Assembly: GCA_051362555.1 (NCBI GenBank)
Contig: CM120641.1
Coordinates: 41,236,401 to 41,300,400, forward strand
Length of the DNA stretch: 64,000 nucleotides
Reading direction: 5' to 3'
DNA from: Lingula anatina
Taxonomy: Eukaryota; Animalia; Brachiopoda
Within the stretch, counting starts at the first letter, position 1. Each line of letters opens with the position of its first letter. Below the pieces are notes generated by a model. The model ran no database searches. It was given only the letters and a program-made list of their open reading frames with translations, and was not told the DNA's origin. Position numbers and translations under genes: made by a program. This document shows positions 21,001 to 34,100 of this stretch, one piece after another.

Positions 21001-22357
21001 AGGGAGGACGTAGTATGGAGACAACCAGAGCTGGAAAACAGAAACGTAGAGAGTTCTGATGAAGAGTGGGAGACATTACCAGAAATATGTGAGATAATCA
21101 CAATTTTTAAAGCAAAGATTTGTGAAATTGTTCTTTCATGTTACCAACTAATGGTCATCCCCTGAAAACTGCAAGTCAAAATCAAAATTAACCCCTTTGT
21201 AGGCAAAATACACAGATAAGAAAAAAATGTCTAAGAAAGATACTAAAATTTCTTCTAGTCCAAGAAGAAAATTATCTTTGACAAATTCCATTTTTTATTA
21301 GTCAGATGCCAAGTTTCCTAGTGGGCAGCTGGTGGACTATTGTCTTATGCCATAAACTACACAGAAGTAGGATTCCAACTGATTACATTTTCATGATTCA
21401 TGAAAAACAAATTGTTTACTGTCCTTAACTAGTGCCTCCAGCGGGCAGAAATATTAAGACATATATTTCTCCCTGTTTATAGCCTCTAGTGACCTCTCCA
21501 GCAGCATGGGCAGTGGTGTAACATCTTCTATTGAGGGATACTCAGTTGGTGACACTGCCATCAGGGACTTGATTCTCCAGAGCAAAGATGATGAGGAAAT
21601 TGAGGATTGGGATCAGGAGGCAGATGAGGACCCATATTGTGAGTGCAGTTGATTTTTGGTGGCATTTTAGATGATAACACCTTTTTTCTTTCCTTTTTTT
21701 TTTCTCACAATTCTTATAGTTTGGTCTTAATGGCAAGTGGAACAGTTACACTTCTATTTCAACTTTTTTGAGGAGTCATGAGGTTATTTATTGTAATTAC
21801 AAGGTTTCCACAAATTTGTTGTATCAAATACTGTCATCAGTGTCATGTATAATAATAAATTTTGTTGTTTATGATAAGTGATAAGTTTACCTTCCTTAAT
21901 GACAATAATTATGATAGTTAATGATTTTGGCAGCTAAAATCATTTATATTGCACTTTAAATTTATGTTTTAACAGGAGACCATTAATAGGTTAAAACAGT
22001 ACATCCAGACACATACAGGTCTTTAGAGAACCGGTTACATTTTGAAATATCTGGCATTAGCAAATATTTTAAATTACTTTTAAAAATGATTTCTATTTTT
22101 ATGGATTTTGAAATAACTGACAGTCCACAATTTTTTCACAACATGAAAAGGTCAGATATGAATATTTTGTATTATTCTTTCTAGATTCTGTCCCAATATA
22201 CAAACACCAAACTGTGTATCCCAGGGATACAAGTCCTGTAGATCACATCTTTGTACCAGATGATATCCATGTGCCAGCAATATGCCGACCACAGGTCAGT
22301 TTTCCGGTGGAGGAAGGTCAGTTTGATGATGTGGACAATGAAGATGACAATTGGTGA
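18093..22357 (+). CDS. Leucine-rich repeat protein (~19-20 23-aa LRRs) with an acidic COPR5-like C-terminus
   Basis: 7 phase-compatible exons: 18093-19206, 19564-19712, 20043-20174, 20426-20560, 20857-21088, 21483-21638, 22185-22357. Repeats follow LxxLxLxxNxLxxLP. The C-terminus reads ...EEIEDWDQEADEDPYYSV...HIFVPDDIHVPAICRPQVSFPVEEGQFDDVDNEDDNW*. Confidence 0.9.
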
Positions 22358-25026
22358 GGGAGTTGAAGTACTTGCACAACTTTTTTTTTACTTCCATCGC
22401 ATAGTAATATATGAATGTGGATGACTGCAAACCCAGAGAGTGCCCATTTACAAGGAGGATCAGTGAATTGCATGTAACAGGGAAGAGAAAGTTGGACGTT
22501 TGGAAAAGTCAGAGTGTGACATTTAAAGATGGAATATCCGGCAATGACTCTCTTTTTTCAGTGGAGGAAAATTGTGATTTTACAGATACTGAATTTTTTT
22601 ACCTCATAAATTCCTGAAATTAGAACATTCCTTTTGAGTGGTAGCAACAAACTTGAGAAGCAGGCTACAAAGTATTTCTGTTCTATATGGTAAGAGCCAC
22701 ACAATTGAAACACACAAAAAATTTTTTAAGATAACAAAATTAGGTTTCTGGAAGATTAAAAAATTTTTCCCCACTGAAAACATCCGAGTCTTCACCGTTG
22801 TTCCATATCAGGATTACTTTCAAAAACCGTCTCATTGGCAGCATAGAAATGACTTTAAGAAGGCATACAAACTTGTAAGTGAGGTGAACATGAGAAAAAA
22901 GTTCACTTTTGATTCAAATAAAAAAGACTTGGTACAAAAATTAATTGGTAAGATTTATTTTTTTAAATGTTTTGTTACATAATGAAGCATGAGCAAGAAA
23001 AAGTCATTCCATTTGACTAGTAATCATCTAATAAATACCTGACAAAAATACTGACTAGATTATTTACATACTGTAACTTGAGAAATAAGAATTTGTTTCA
23101 TTTGACTAGAATGACACAGTTCATGTTTTTGAACATATGTTGACTAGAGGAGCAGTTTGGCCAAGTAAAACCATGGCACATTTTCCAATAGTCAGTATTG
23201 CAATATTAAAATTACAGGGAGATCACTCACTGCTGTGGGTTGTTCAGTATCAGCTCAGAAAAGATGGTCAAACAATGATAAAACTCATTCACTTATTTTA
23301 GGCTTAAAATATGAATTGCCTATTCCACTCTTAAGAACTAACAACGAAAATGTCTTGTCAGCATATTTCATATTAATAGTTTGAACTCGCCACAAAAGAA
23401 AGCAGAGTTATATGCCTGAACTGATAATTAACCACTTCTTTCATTACACATTCAGCATGAATAATTGATCCCTTAAAGTCTGAAAAATATGCCTTAAAAT
23501 GCTGGTATGTGATCATATTGAACTGTTCTGAAAGTGTGCATTATTGCACTTAATTATGTGCATGTCTCGTGTTCCCCTTAAAAATTCATACTATGACAGC
23601 CTTAAAATACAAGCTTTAAGAAAGATACTAAAACAATAATAGAAATAAGATTTAAATTCAAAACTTTATACTTCTCTCCAGCCACCTGCTAAGGTTGCAG
23701 CACCTGATGTAAAAAGACTTATCATTCGTAATCAAAATATAAATGTGTATAGTATATTAAAATGTAATGGTTTATAAGAATGAATGCCACATTTTTGTTT
23801 TAAAACAATTTTACTTAGTGATGGTTATAAAAAACTTTAGCAAAACACTGCCGACACAAATAATTGAAACTATTAAACTTAATATTCTAAAAAAAAAAAA
23901 AAAACACTTCTGTACCAAGTGCTTAATATATATTTTGTTCTGCAATTATCACAGTGGTATAAAAATCAGTCTGTGAGAAATAAAAAACATTAAAATTAAG
24001 TAATACCATTTAAATAGAAGTAATTTAGCTAAATTCTGACCATTTTTCTTTGTCTGAGGAATGTGCAGAGCAGAAAACATTAAAAGCTGAATGCTGAATG
24101 CTTAAAACCACACCTTTTCATCAAACAAAAACATAAAATTCACAATCATTTTTCCAGAATCAGTTTTAAGAAGTTGCACATAGTTTGGTATAAATCAAAA
24201 GACATTTACATTATTTTGACATGAGACTTTACACACATTTTTTCTTAAAATGACTAGTATCAGACAAGTTGATATAATCTTTACAGAAAATATAATACAC
24301 TAATACATAACAAGTACAAGTATGAAATGATTATGTGATGACAAATATATATGTTTACAAACAGAAATTTAGTCATCAAAATGTAATTACAGTTGAAACC
24401 TTTTCCTTGTTAACTAAATCAGAATAATTTTTTAAGAAATCCCCAAAATAAAATGATAATACGAATCAGAAATGGATTTAGACTAGAAAAACATTTGACG
24501 AAACCTCAAAACCTGCATAGATTACCAGGACTATATTCAATATGGTGACATCTTATTTATAAAATAAAATATAAGAAAAAGTTTATGAACTCTTTATTTG
24601 TTCAAAGAACCTGAAAATTCCCCGGATTCACATTGGGAATTTCCTCAGATCTTTGCTATAGCAAATAGCATACAGATGCTGATTTTTGAGGAGTTTCCAT
24701 AAAACTCTGAAACTGGAGGCACCAAGTATGTTCCCTTACATGTTTGATATCTTGTGCAATCTGCCTACATCAATTTGTACACACAATTTAGTATTTATTT
24801 ACATCTGTATTAGAAAAGCACTCTTACAACTCTCAATTTAACCCTTCTCCAGAGAATAATATAACAATCTGCTGACTTAAACCAATGTCTTCCTGTAAGA
24901 CCTACAGACCATCCCCTGTGAAACCTATCTTCCCAAATTGAGCAGAAGGAGACTTTTTCTTTTGATATCTTTTATCAGGTTTCTCTTGTGCTAAAGGCAT
25001 GCTGCCCAACTTGGTCTTTCATTTGT

Positions 25027-28000
25027 TTACCTGGCCCCAGGTACAAGAGGTGCAGAGCGATCATTTGTAGCAGTTTTCTTCAATTTGACATTGGCGAATG
25101 GATTGTTTCTGAAACAAACAGATGGGAAATTCTTACTTAAAAGTTTTTATTGTTGTTATTACTGATAGACGTGTGTAAAAAATGGAACAATTTACCAAGA
25201 AAAACAGCTAAATTGTACACTTTCACATAAATGGGCTTGAAGCACCAAGCCTTAAGGAAAATTTTACAACAGGAATTCAACTTCTCATACCATCAATTAG
25301 TCTTGTCAAATGGATTGCTAATGTGATACTGTATAAATAAAACCAGATTGACACCAACATAAACTTAGTTTTGGAGTACAAAAGCTGGTAAAGAAAACAC
25401 AGCAAAAGAGAAAAGATTTATGACACCTGTTTATTTCAATTCATGGCCCGTTTAAAAGTAAATATGTCACCAAATGATATTAATTATTTGTCACAACATA
25501 AACTTCAATTACCAACTTTCATTTCCAAAATAATGTTCAAGTGGTGATCATATGTGATAGTCCTCTGCTGAGAAATCTCCACCAAAACAATGGTTTTAAG
25601 TTGTGTGATAATCAGAAAAGACAGCTATGATATAATGACACATTTACCCCCATAGTCAGACCCCGACACCAGAAGTTCATTGATCAATCTAACTTCAGGG
25701 ACCTCACTGTTACACAAAATCACTCAAAGACTGAACATTTTTTCAACAAGACCAAATGTGACCTAAGATAGATAGGTTATAGTCTAGTTAAATTTAATAT
25801 TTTGCCCTTTTTATTTAAGAAAAGAGATGACCAACATTGCATACCAGATTTTTCAGGTTTTAAAGTTGAGAACAACTTTCAGTTTCAAGTTCCTTTGTGT
25901 AAACTGCCCAAGGACCTTTCTGACTCATGTACCCTATACCAGAGATCAGCTGGACGAAAACATGATTTCTGTGCTAAAATTTTAGCTGTACAGAAATGTG
26001 CACAGAATTAGCCCGAGTAATAGCTGTGAATATCTGGAAAAAATCTTTCCATAACACTGGTAGACAGTAGGTAACAGGCAGAAGTGTAGCTATAGCTGCC
26101 TCCATCACCACAAGCCATGAGGACACTTACAAGGAAATTTTTCTCACTTTCAAGTTTTCCATGTTCTTTTTTCTACAAAAATTATCACATTTTTTTTTTT
26201 TGCAAACCTACACACAAAGTTCATCATGTAGTTTATTTACATTTAACTCCCAAAGGAACAACACCGAAAAAAATCCACCCAGCTTTCTCAAGAAATTTTA
26301 TAGAGGACTTCCAAATAGAAAAAAAAAGAACCTTAAATAACAAATTTCTTTACCTATTACATGCTTAATGTGGATCAGTATCTGAAATAATAATAGAATT
26401 CATGCAAGTGCTACTAGAACACAGTAAGTCAGTACTAGAGTTAATTACTTCATGAAGGGGTGGAATGTTGTTGGGGAGGTTGGGCACAGACATCAAGTGT
26501 AATAATAAAATTATCGTTTCAACAAGCTGGGAGTATATGGTCATACTAAGCTTAGTAGAATATGTCATGAAATGGGGGGGGGGTGTGCATTCTTTATCAT
26601 ACATTAAAAAGGTGGGGGAGGGAAAGAACATTTGATTGCACTTATGGTTTATAATATCATGGAATGTTTATTATTTATTTTTTAAAAAATTTGCACAGTT
26701 CAAGTTTTCAAACCAGAATGGAGAATTGCAGCCCTTCCTTTCCTCCCTCTTTTCCAAACTAGAAATTGGTGTTTGAACTGAGATTTAATAAATATTCTGG
26801 GTCCAAAATATCACACAGTAAAGACAAAGTAATATTTCTGTTGATGTGAAAAAACAATTTTTCAATTAAAACGGTGGGTCAGGTACTTTCAGGATTAAAT
26901 ATATCATCACTGCTTGAATGGCAGACAAAGATATATGGAGGAAGTAGCCCAAGTCAGGTTATGGATAAAGAGGCCAATGCAGAGTTAGGATATGAGTGCA
27001 TGAAGGTCAAACCAGACCAAAGTTTACAGAACTTCCATTTTACATTCTAATATCTTCTTAACTTGTCTTAATGAGTTTGATTTGTAGATTTGGTGTGTAC
27101 ATCAGATCCATCAAGAAACGTGAATAGCAGTTGAACAAGGTGAAACTGATACTGTCACAGTGTAGTAACCTTACCATGCCATATATCATGGTGCTGTAAG
27201 TTCTCTACAAAAATACAACAAACACCACCTGTTACTAGTCACTAACATGACAGCAAATCCTTTAATAAAACCTGCAATCTACACAACAAATATACACATA
27301 CATATAAGAAATACAACAAAATAAGTCTTACTTCTGGGAATCCTCATCACTGTAGTCCGCAGCAGGAGGAGAGCTATGGTGGCCAGCTCTCCCATAGGGA
27401 TCCTCCATGGCTGAGCTCCCCCTAGATGAAGACCTGTCACTCTGGCGATCCTGCGACATATGAGGGTTATTATAATACCTGGGTCGTCCTGGGCTGGCCC
27501 CCTGATGCTGGGAGTGGTAAGGAGAATGCCTGCTGTAACCATTAGGGTCATGGCTGGCTGGGGAGTAGCCACCAGGACGCTGAGGGTGACCTGGCTGTCC
27601 ATTTGGATGGAGAGAGGAAGGAGGCGGGGGAGGAGGAAGAGGTTGTTTGTGATTGTCTGCGATTGGTGGAGGTGGAGGGGGTGGCGGCCCTCCTGGGGTC
27701 AGTTGGCTGATGTCAGGGGTACTCTTGGCATGGAACTGGAAAAAATATGAAGCTAGGTTTCAAGGACTGGAACGCTGTTTTTTTTTCTCAGCAAATTGAT
27801 TTATGATTGTTGCACATGGAAAAGAAATATTCTTTTCAGTTTTGTTGCTCCATGCTGGTATTGTAAGCATAACTGTGCCATCATGGTGCAAGAATGTACA
27901 TATGAAATATGTTTATCAGAAAAAATAAATGAAGAATATTGCTGAAAAAATAAAAGACTGTGCATTATCACACTTCCATACCTGTCAAACAAAGCAACCA

Positions 28001-31000
28001 TGCTGTCAAATATTAAAGCTACTTTAAAGTATTAAAAACAGTAATGTTTTTAACTCTAGAACCAAGCAAAGTCACACAGATATTTGAATTATATTTCTAC
28101 AATACATTTTCATGCAAAAATGAAGCCAGCAGATAAACCTGCAAAAACAAGAAGCAACTAAATAGATATTCATCAACAAATAAAACATTTCAAAGGCACA
28201 TATGCAACATGTTATCACTAAAAAAGCACTACTATCCATAAAGCAAGCAGGGTAATTGAAATTTGTGTTGGGAACCAGTGATATAGGGGGTCATGCCATA
28301 GAAACACTCAGTGCTGGGTTTCTTCTCATAAGATATATACAAAGACACGTCACTCCAGCCAATGCATGCACAGTACCTGTGCTGTATCGTTGTTGTAAGA
28401 ATCATTCCCACCACCAACGCCACTGCTCCCACCACTAACACTAGGGCCGTATCCCCCATCATCATGTGCTCCGTTCACACTGACTGCGCTTCTATTTTCC
28501 TGTTTCGGATGGTGGAGATGATGATCGTAATAACTGTGCCTAGAGTTCACGGGCTGAATAGAGGGAGTCCCATCACCATAGTAAGAACCACTGTGTTGAT
28601 GTTGATGATAAGCTTTAAGTCCAGTGTTTGTATTACTATGACTACTGTTGGAATGATAGTTGTTTGATGGCCTGCTATTATGCATTGGTCCACCAGAGTA
28701 GCTTATATTGGCATCTCTATCATAGTCATTTCCATGTTTTTGGTGATGTGCCTGATGTCTATAGTAACCTCCTTGCTGCCCAAGTGGCACAACTGAGTAT
28801 GTCTTGGTACCCATATGGGGTACAGCATACCCCCCTTCCAACTGAGGTGGGTGGGCAGGTGGGGGAATGTCTGGTAACGGAGGGGGCAAAGGTTGTGGAG
28901 TTGATGGAGACTGATCTGATTCCTGCGAAAGCCCAGAAAGAAACACACACCATGTCAGATACAGCAGAAGCCCAATTACATTAAATTAAGAGTGAAAAGA
29001 TTAGTCCACTTAATCAATAAAGTTAAAGGAAAAGCAGGATGGGATTAACTCCCAAATTCCCCAAAGCCCAACAATTCCCAAGAAATAAATTAGATTGTTA
29101 AAATTAGAAACACCAGTGGTTATGTCGATCATTGTTCTGAAAATCAGCGCCATACCATCATGCTCTTCCCTATGTAGCCATCTTCATATGGCTTAGGCAT
29201 AGTCCTGCTGCGTGGATCTGGACTGACTCCAGAGTCGCTGCCGTCAGATTCATCTGCCAATAAGTCCCCCATACTGCGCACTCTCTGCATCATGGTTTTG
29301 CTGGTAGAACATAGGAATAGCATGCACCATTAAACTTTTCAGTCCACTGAGGGACTAGATAGCCTCAGAAAACTACCAGTCCAAATCAAAATTCTTCTAT
29401 GAGATGAATTCCATATGTTTAATCCTCTAGTTTGGCATTGCACTAAAGGATGTCTGTTTTTTTATCGTTTATATGTTATCTATAATTTAGGATACAAAAT
29501 AATTTAATATAATAATTTCAACAGAAGGGGTGAAATTTGATAAGTAAATGCGAAAAAAAAATATTTCACTTGTCAAAAACTAAATCCACCAGTCAGCTGC
29601 ATCAAACTGACAGCTTATGTCACAGACCATTTTTTTAAATAAAAGTTGCATCTTTAGATCTACAAATTTAGAGCCAGAAGTGGTTTTAATCTACAAATGT
29701 TTCAAGAAAAATTGGTCACTAGGTGATGCACGCACGCACGCACATACACACAAATAAAACGCCATTTTTTCTGCTGCTTAGACACTTACCTCCTGTTAGG
29801 TGCTCTGTTGACTTTCTCTGTAAAGGACACTGGGAACCAGCCCCGTCTAAAAAGTAAACCATAAACCAAAAGATAATAATATTAAAAATTAAAAATTAGA
29901 ACTGCCAAAAATGTTTCTCTCAAAAGTATATTTTATTGTTAATAAATGCTTTACACTAGATTATAATATATTTCATTTGAATAACCTAGAAATAATATAT
30001 TATTTTTAGTTTTATCAGAAGCTGGAAAATACAGATCTAAATAATTTAAAGTGTCTTTCTATTTGTACTAATCTTCCCCATAGTGTGTAAATCAAAATAC
30101 AAATTTGATCTCATTGTACTTTAAATAACAAATGTCATTTATTAGATGCAACATCTGTTAAGTATTTTTCATTTAACTTTTTATCTTATTGCCTCCACCC
30201 CTTTAATGAAAGGCTCAAGCAGATAATTATGTATACTAACTGCACTCTTTACCTATCTGTCCTGGTATTCTCTCCATAGTGCCATCCTTTATTCTCCTCC
30301 CCTATCAGGACCACGATGTCCCCTTCAGTAAAGCTGAGCTGGCTGTCCTGTTCTGCTACATGTGTAAACAGTGCTCTCACACAAGACAAGCCACTACCAC
30401 CAGATGGAGGCAGTGACATCTCTCTGGGCAATGTCATAGCTGTAAGGAATAAAACACTTAAAGAATCCTTCTGTTATTTTTAACTTTAATTTATGTCCTT
30501 TTAAAACTTACTAAACAACTACTATACACTACCACTTATGACTGTCATAAATATTTCAAGTGTGATAATATATATTTTCTTAATAGCTTTCATTAATATT
30601 TTTAGATTCATCACATATTAAATACTAAACACCAAATTTATCACATATTAAATACTAAACACCAAATTTTGAAATAAAGGCCATGTTTAAAATAAGATGA
30701 AATGATTGTTATGTTCAGAATGCATGATTGATAACTTCTGAACTGGCAACAGAGCATTTTTATGAGCCTGCTTTGTGTATCAAAACTGACCATTTGTAGA
30801 TCCCACTTGCTATCAAATTATTATTATCATTAATATTATTATTATTATTATTATTACCTCCACCATGATATTGTCCAGTGAACTCTACAGAAGATGTTGG
30901 CCTTCCATTTGGCATCCTATTTTCATGACTGCCTGTGCTGTTGGCATCTGTCCCCTTTCTTCTACGTCCCATATCCTCTCCACTGTAAGAGCTCATGTCA

Positions 31001-31050
31001 TCGCGCATGTCATATGTGTTACCATATGAATCCTGGGTAAAAAGTGATCT

Positions 31051-31139
<89 letters not shown>

Positions 31140-34100
31140 GAGTAAATAATATTAAAAATTCATTAAAAAACAACACTGAGTTTAAGTAAATACTATGGAG
31201 TCCTCCGACTTACAATCCTGCATATAAATTGTTGACACTATATCTTATATTAAATACCAGTATTAGTCGGTATGTAACAAAGTGTCATCATGAACCAAAA
31301 CTTGTGCTAATGAAGACTTTCCAGATTTATTTAATGATAAAAAATTTCTCTTGCCTGTCTTCCAAGTCTCGTCATGGCTTCTACTGGGGGAGGTAGGGTG
31401 CCAGGGTTTTTGCAGGCATTTTCCCACTCTGGGAGTCTGTGACTTAGCAAATCATGGGACTGAAACAGTGAGAATTCTTTTGTGAAAATAATGACTGGAC
31501 TTATACTTGAGCACCTTATTCCTTATCTTGCTAAAGCAGGTTAAATATTGCTGTGAATTAATTTAGGAATGAATTGATGAATCAGAAACATTAGCCAAAA
31601 AATTGACATTTAGAAAGTTTCTGCACAACATGCTGGAAGCCATCCAAGGTAGGAAAATGAGACCAATATTTTGATTAACAAAGAAAAAATTCCATGAAGA
31701 CCAGCCATATTCCCCTGGCCATAAACCCTGTTAAAAATAAACTAGATATTTTTCCTGAGCCAACACAAAACATCACAGAAAGGCTCTCATATCCAGAGTT
31801 TGTTAATTTCTTTTGTCTAGAGGGAATATTGTTAAGCTTTGCTAATAGACTTTTCTCACAGATCTTTTCTTGGAATGATTTTCCACTCCGAGAGAAAAGT
31901 GAAGCAAAATATAGTTACTGTATCATAGAACCTATAGAAATCTCTCTCCCCTCCCCTCAAATTTATAATATACTTAAGTTAACAGCATATCTTTAAAAAA
32001 TCTCAGCCATATCAAAAAACCAATTACTGCAGAGATAATTAAGAGATATTTCAAACTAGAACTTATGAGGAAAGCCAACAAATGATATGAACCACACATC
32101 ACATATTATCTAAATTGACATCTGCAAAGCCTTGCATTCATTACCATAGTAATTTAGGATGGCACACTTCTACATTCAAATGTTCAAATTTACATGATAT
32201 TCATTACCCTTAGCTTCAGAACTGATGTATACCAGCTTTTTCATTTTCAAATATCCACATCAACTAGAGGATCAGAGAGGCGATACCGCCTCCAAATATT
32301 GTACCACCAGCTGGAGCAAGTGCATTCGTATAGACCCCCACATACACAAAATAAGCCACCAGTTTTGTGCTTGACAAGCTGTAAAAATGCAATCAACAAG
32401 AATTTTTAAACTATTGCAAAAAAAATATAGGGTACAATCAAATTTAAGTTCTTCGTAAGGTAGGTCAAGGGTCAATTTCAAGGTCACAGTAAATTGCCAG
32501 TATATGACTTCCTATTCAAGTTCAAGAGTAACTATGGACCTATCTCTGTCAAGTTTGAAGTTAAAAGAGAAAGAAATTAGCAGAGTTCAGTTCATGATAA
32601 AAAGTAGGTCAAAGGTCAATTTCAAGGTCACACTTAGATTGCCAGTATAGGACTTCCTATTCAACTTTTATAGTAACTATGGACCTATCTCAGCCAGTTT
32701 TGGAGATAAAAGGGAAGCAAATTTTGCAAAATTCAGTTCATGGTGAAAAGTAGGTCAAAGGTCAATTTCAAGGTCACATTTAGATTGCCAGTATATGACT
32801 TTCTATTCAAGTTCAATAGTAACTATGGACCTATCTCTGCCAGTTTTGGAGATAAAAAGGAAGCAAAATTTGCAAAGTTCAGTTTATGGTGAAAAGTAGG
32901 ACAAAGGTCAATTTTAACGCACATTTATAATGCCAGTATATGACTTCCTATTCAAGTTCAATAGTAACTACGGACCTATCTCAGCCAGTTTTGGAGATAA
33001 AAGGAAAGCAAAATTTGCAAAATTTGCAAAATTCAGTTCATGGTGTAAAGTAGGTCAAAGGTCAATTTTAAGGTCACATTTAGTTTGCCAGTACATGACT
33101 TCCTTTTCAAGTTCAATAGTAACTATGGACCTATCTCAGCCAGTTTTGGAGATAAAAGGGAAGCAAAATTTGCAAAATTCAGTTCATGGTGTAAAGTAGG
33201 TCAAAGGTCAATTTTAAGGTCACATTTAGATTGCCAGTATATGACTTTCTACTCAAGTTCAATAGTAACTATGGACCTATCTCTGCCAGTTTTGGAGATA
33301 AAAGGGAAGCAAAATTTGCAAAATTCAGTTCATGGTGTAAAGTAGGTCAAAGGTCAATTTTAAGGTCACATTTAGTTTGCCAGTATATGACTTCCTATTC
33401 AAGTTCAATAGTAACTATGGACCTATCTCAGCCAGTTTTGGAGATAAAAGGGAAGCAAAATTTGCAAAGTTCAGTTCATGGTGTAAAGTAGGTCAAAGGT
33501 CAATTTTAAGGTCACATTTAGATTGCCAGTATATGACTTCCTTTTCAAGTTCAATAGTAACTATGGACCTATCTCTGCCAGTTTTGGAGATAAAAGGGAA
33601 GAAAAGTTTGCAAAGTTCAGTTCATGGTGAAAAGTAGGTCAAAGGTCAATTTCAAGGTCACATTTAGATTGCCAGTATATGACTTCCTATTCAAGTTCAA
33701 TAGTAACTATAGACCTATCTCTGCCAGTTTTGGAGATAAAAGGGAAGCAAATTTTGCAAAGGTTTATGGTGAAAAGTAGGTCAAAGGTCAATTTTAATGT
33801 CACATATAGATTGCCAGTATATGACTTCTTATTCAAGTTCAATAGTAACTACGGACCTATCTCAGCCAGTTTTGGAGATAAAAGGAAAGCAAAATTTGCA
33901 AAATTCAGTTCATGGTGTAAAGTAGGTCAAAGGTCAATTTTAAGGTCTTATTTAGATTGCCAGTATATGACTTCCTATTCAAGTTCAATAGTAACTATGG
34001 ACCTATCTCTGCCAGTTTTGGAGATAAAAGGGAAGAAAAATTTGCAAAGTTCAGTTCATGGTGAAAAGTAGGTCAAAGGTCAATTTCAAGGTCATAGTAA

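Noticed and set aside
22411-22982. 68-aa and 114-aa ORFs after the LRR stop
   Set aside because: They lie in the presumed 3'UTR, with no recognisable motifs or supporting splice structure.
25540-26130. Possible further decayed HINE remnant (also near 63170-63270)
   Set aside because: The composition is suggestive, but I could not define termini or repeat units.
30790-30857. Poly-Asn coding extension of IRSp53 exon 10
   Set aside because: The downstream donor (TG|gtcagt) is phase 2 while the next exon needs phase 1. The (AAT)n tract is intronic.
32930-34071. Series of near-identical 86-130 aa ORFs, and a CRISPR-like or tandem gene array
   Set aside because: These are by-products of a 146-bp satellite whose period is not a multiple of 3. 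There are no unique spacers, no cas genes, and the context is a eukaryotic intron.
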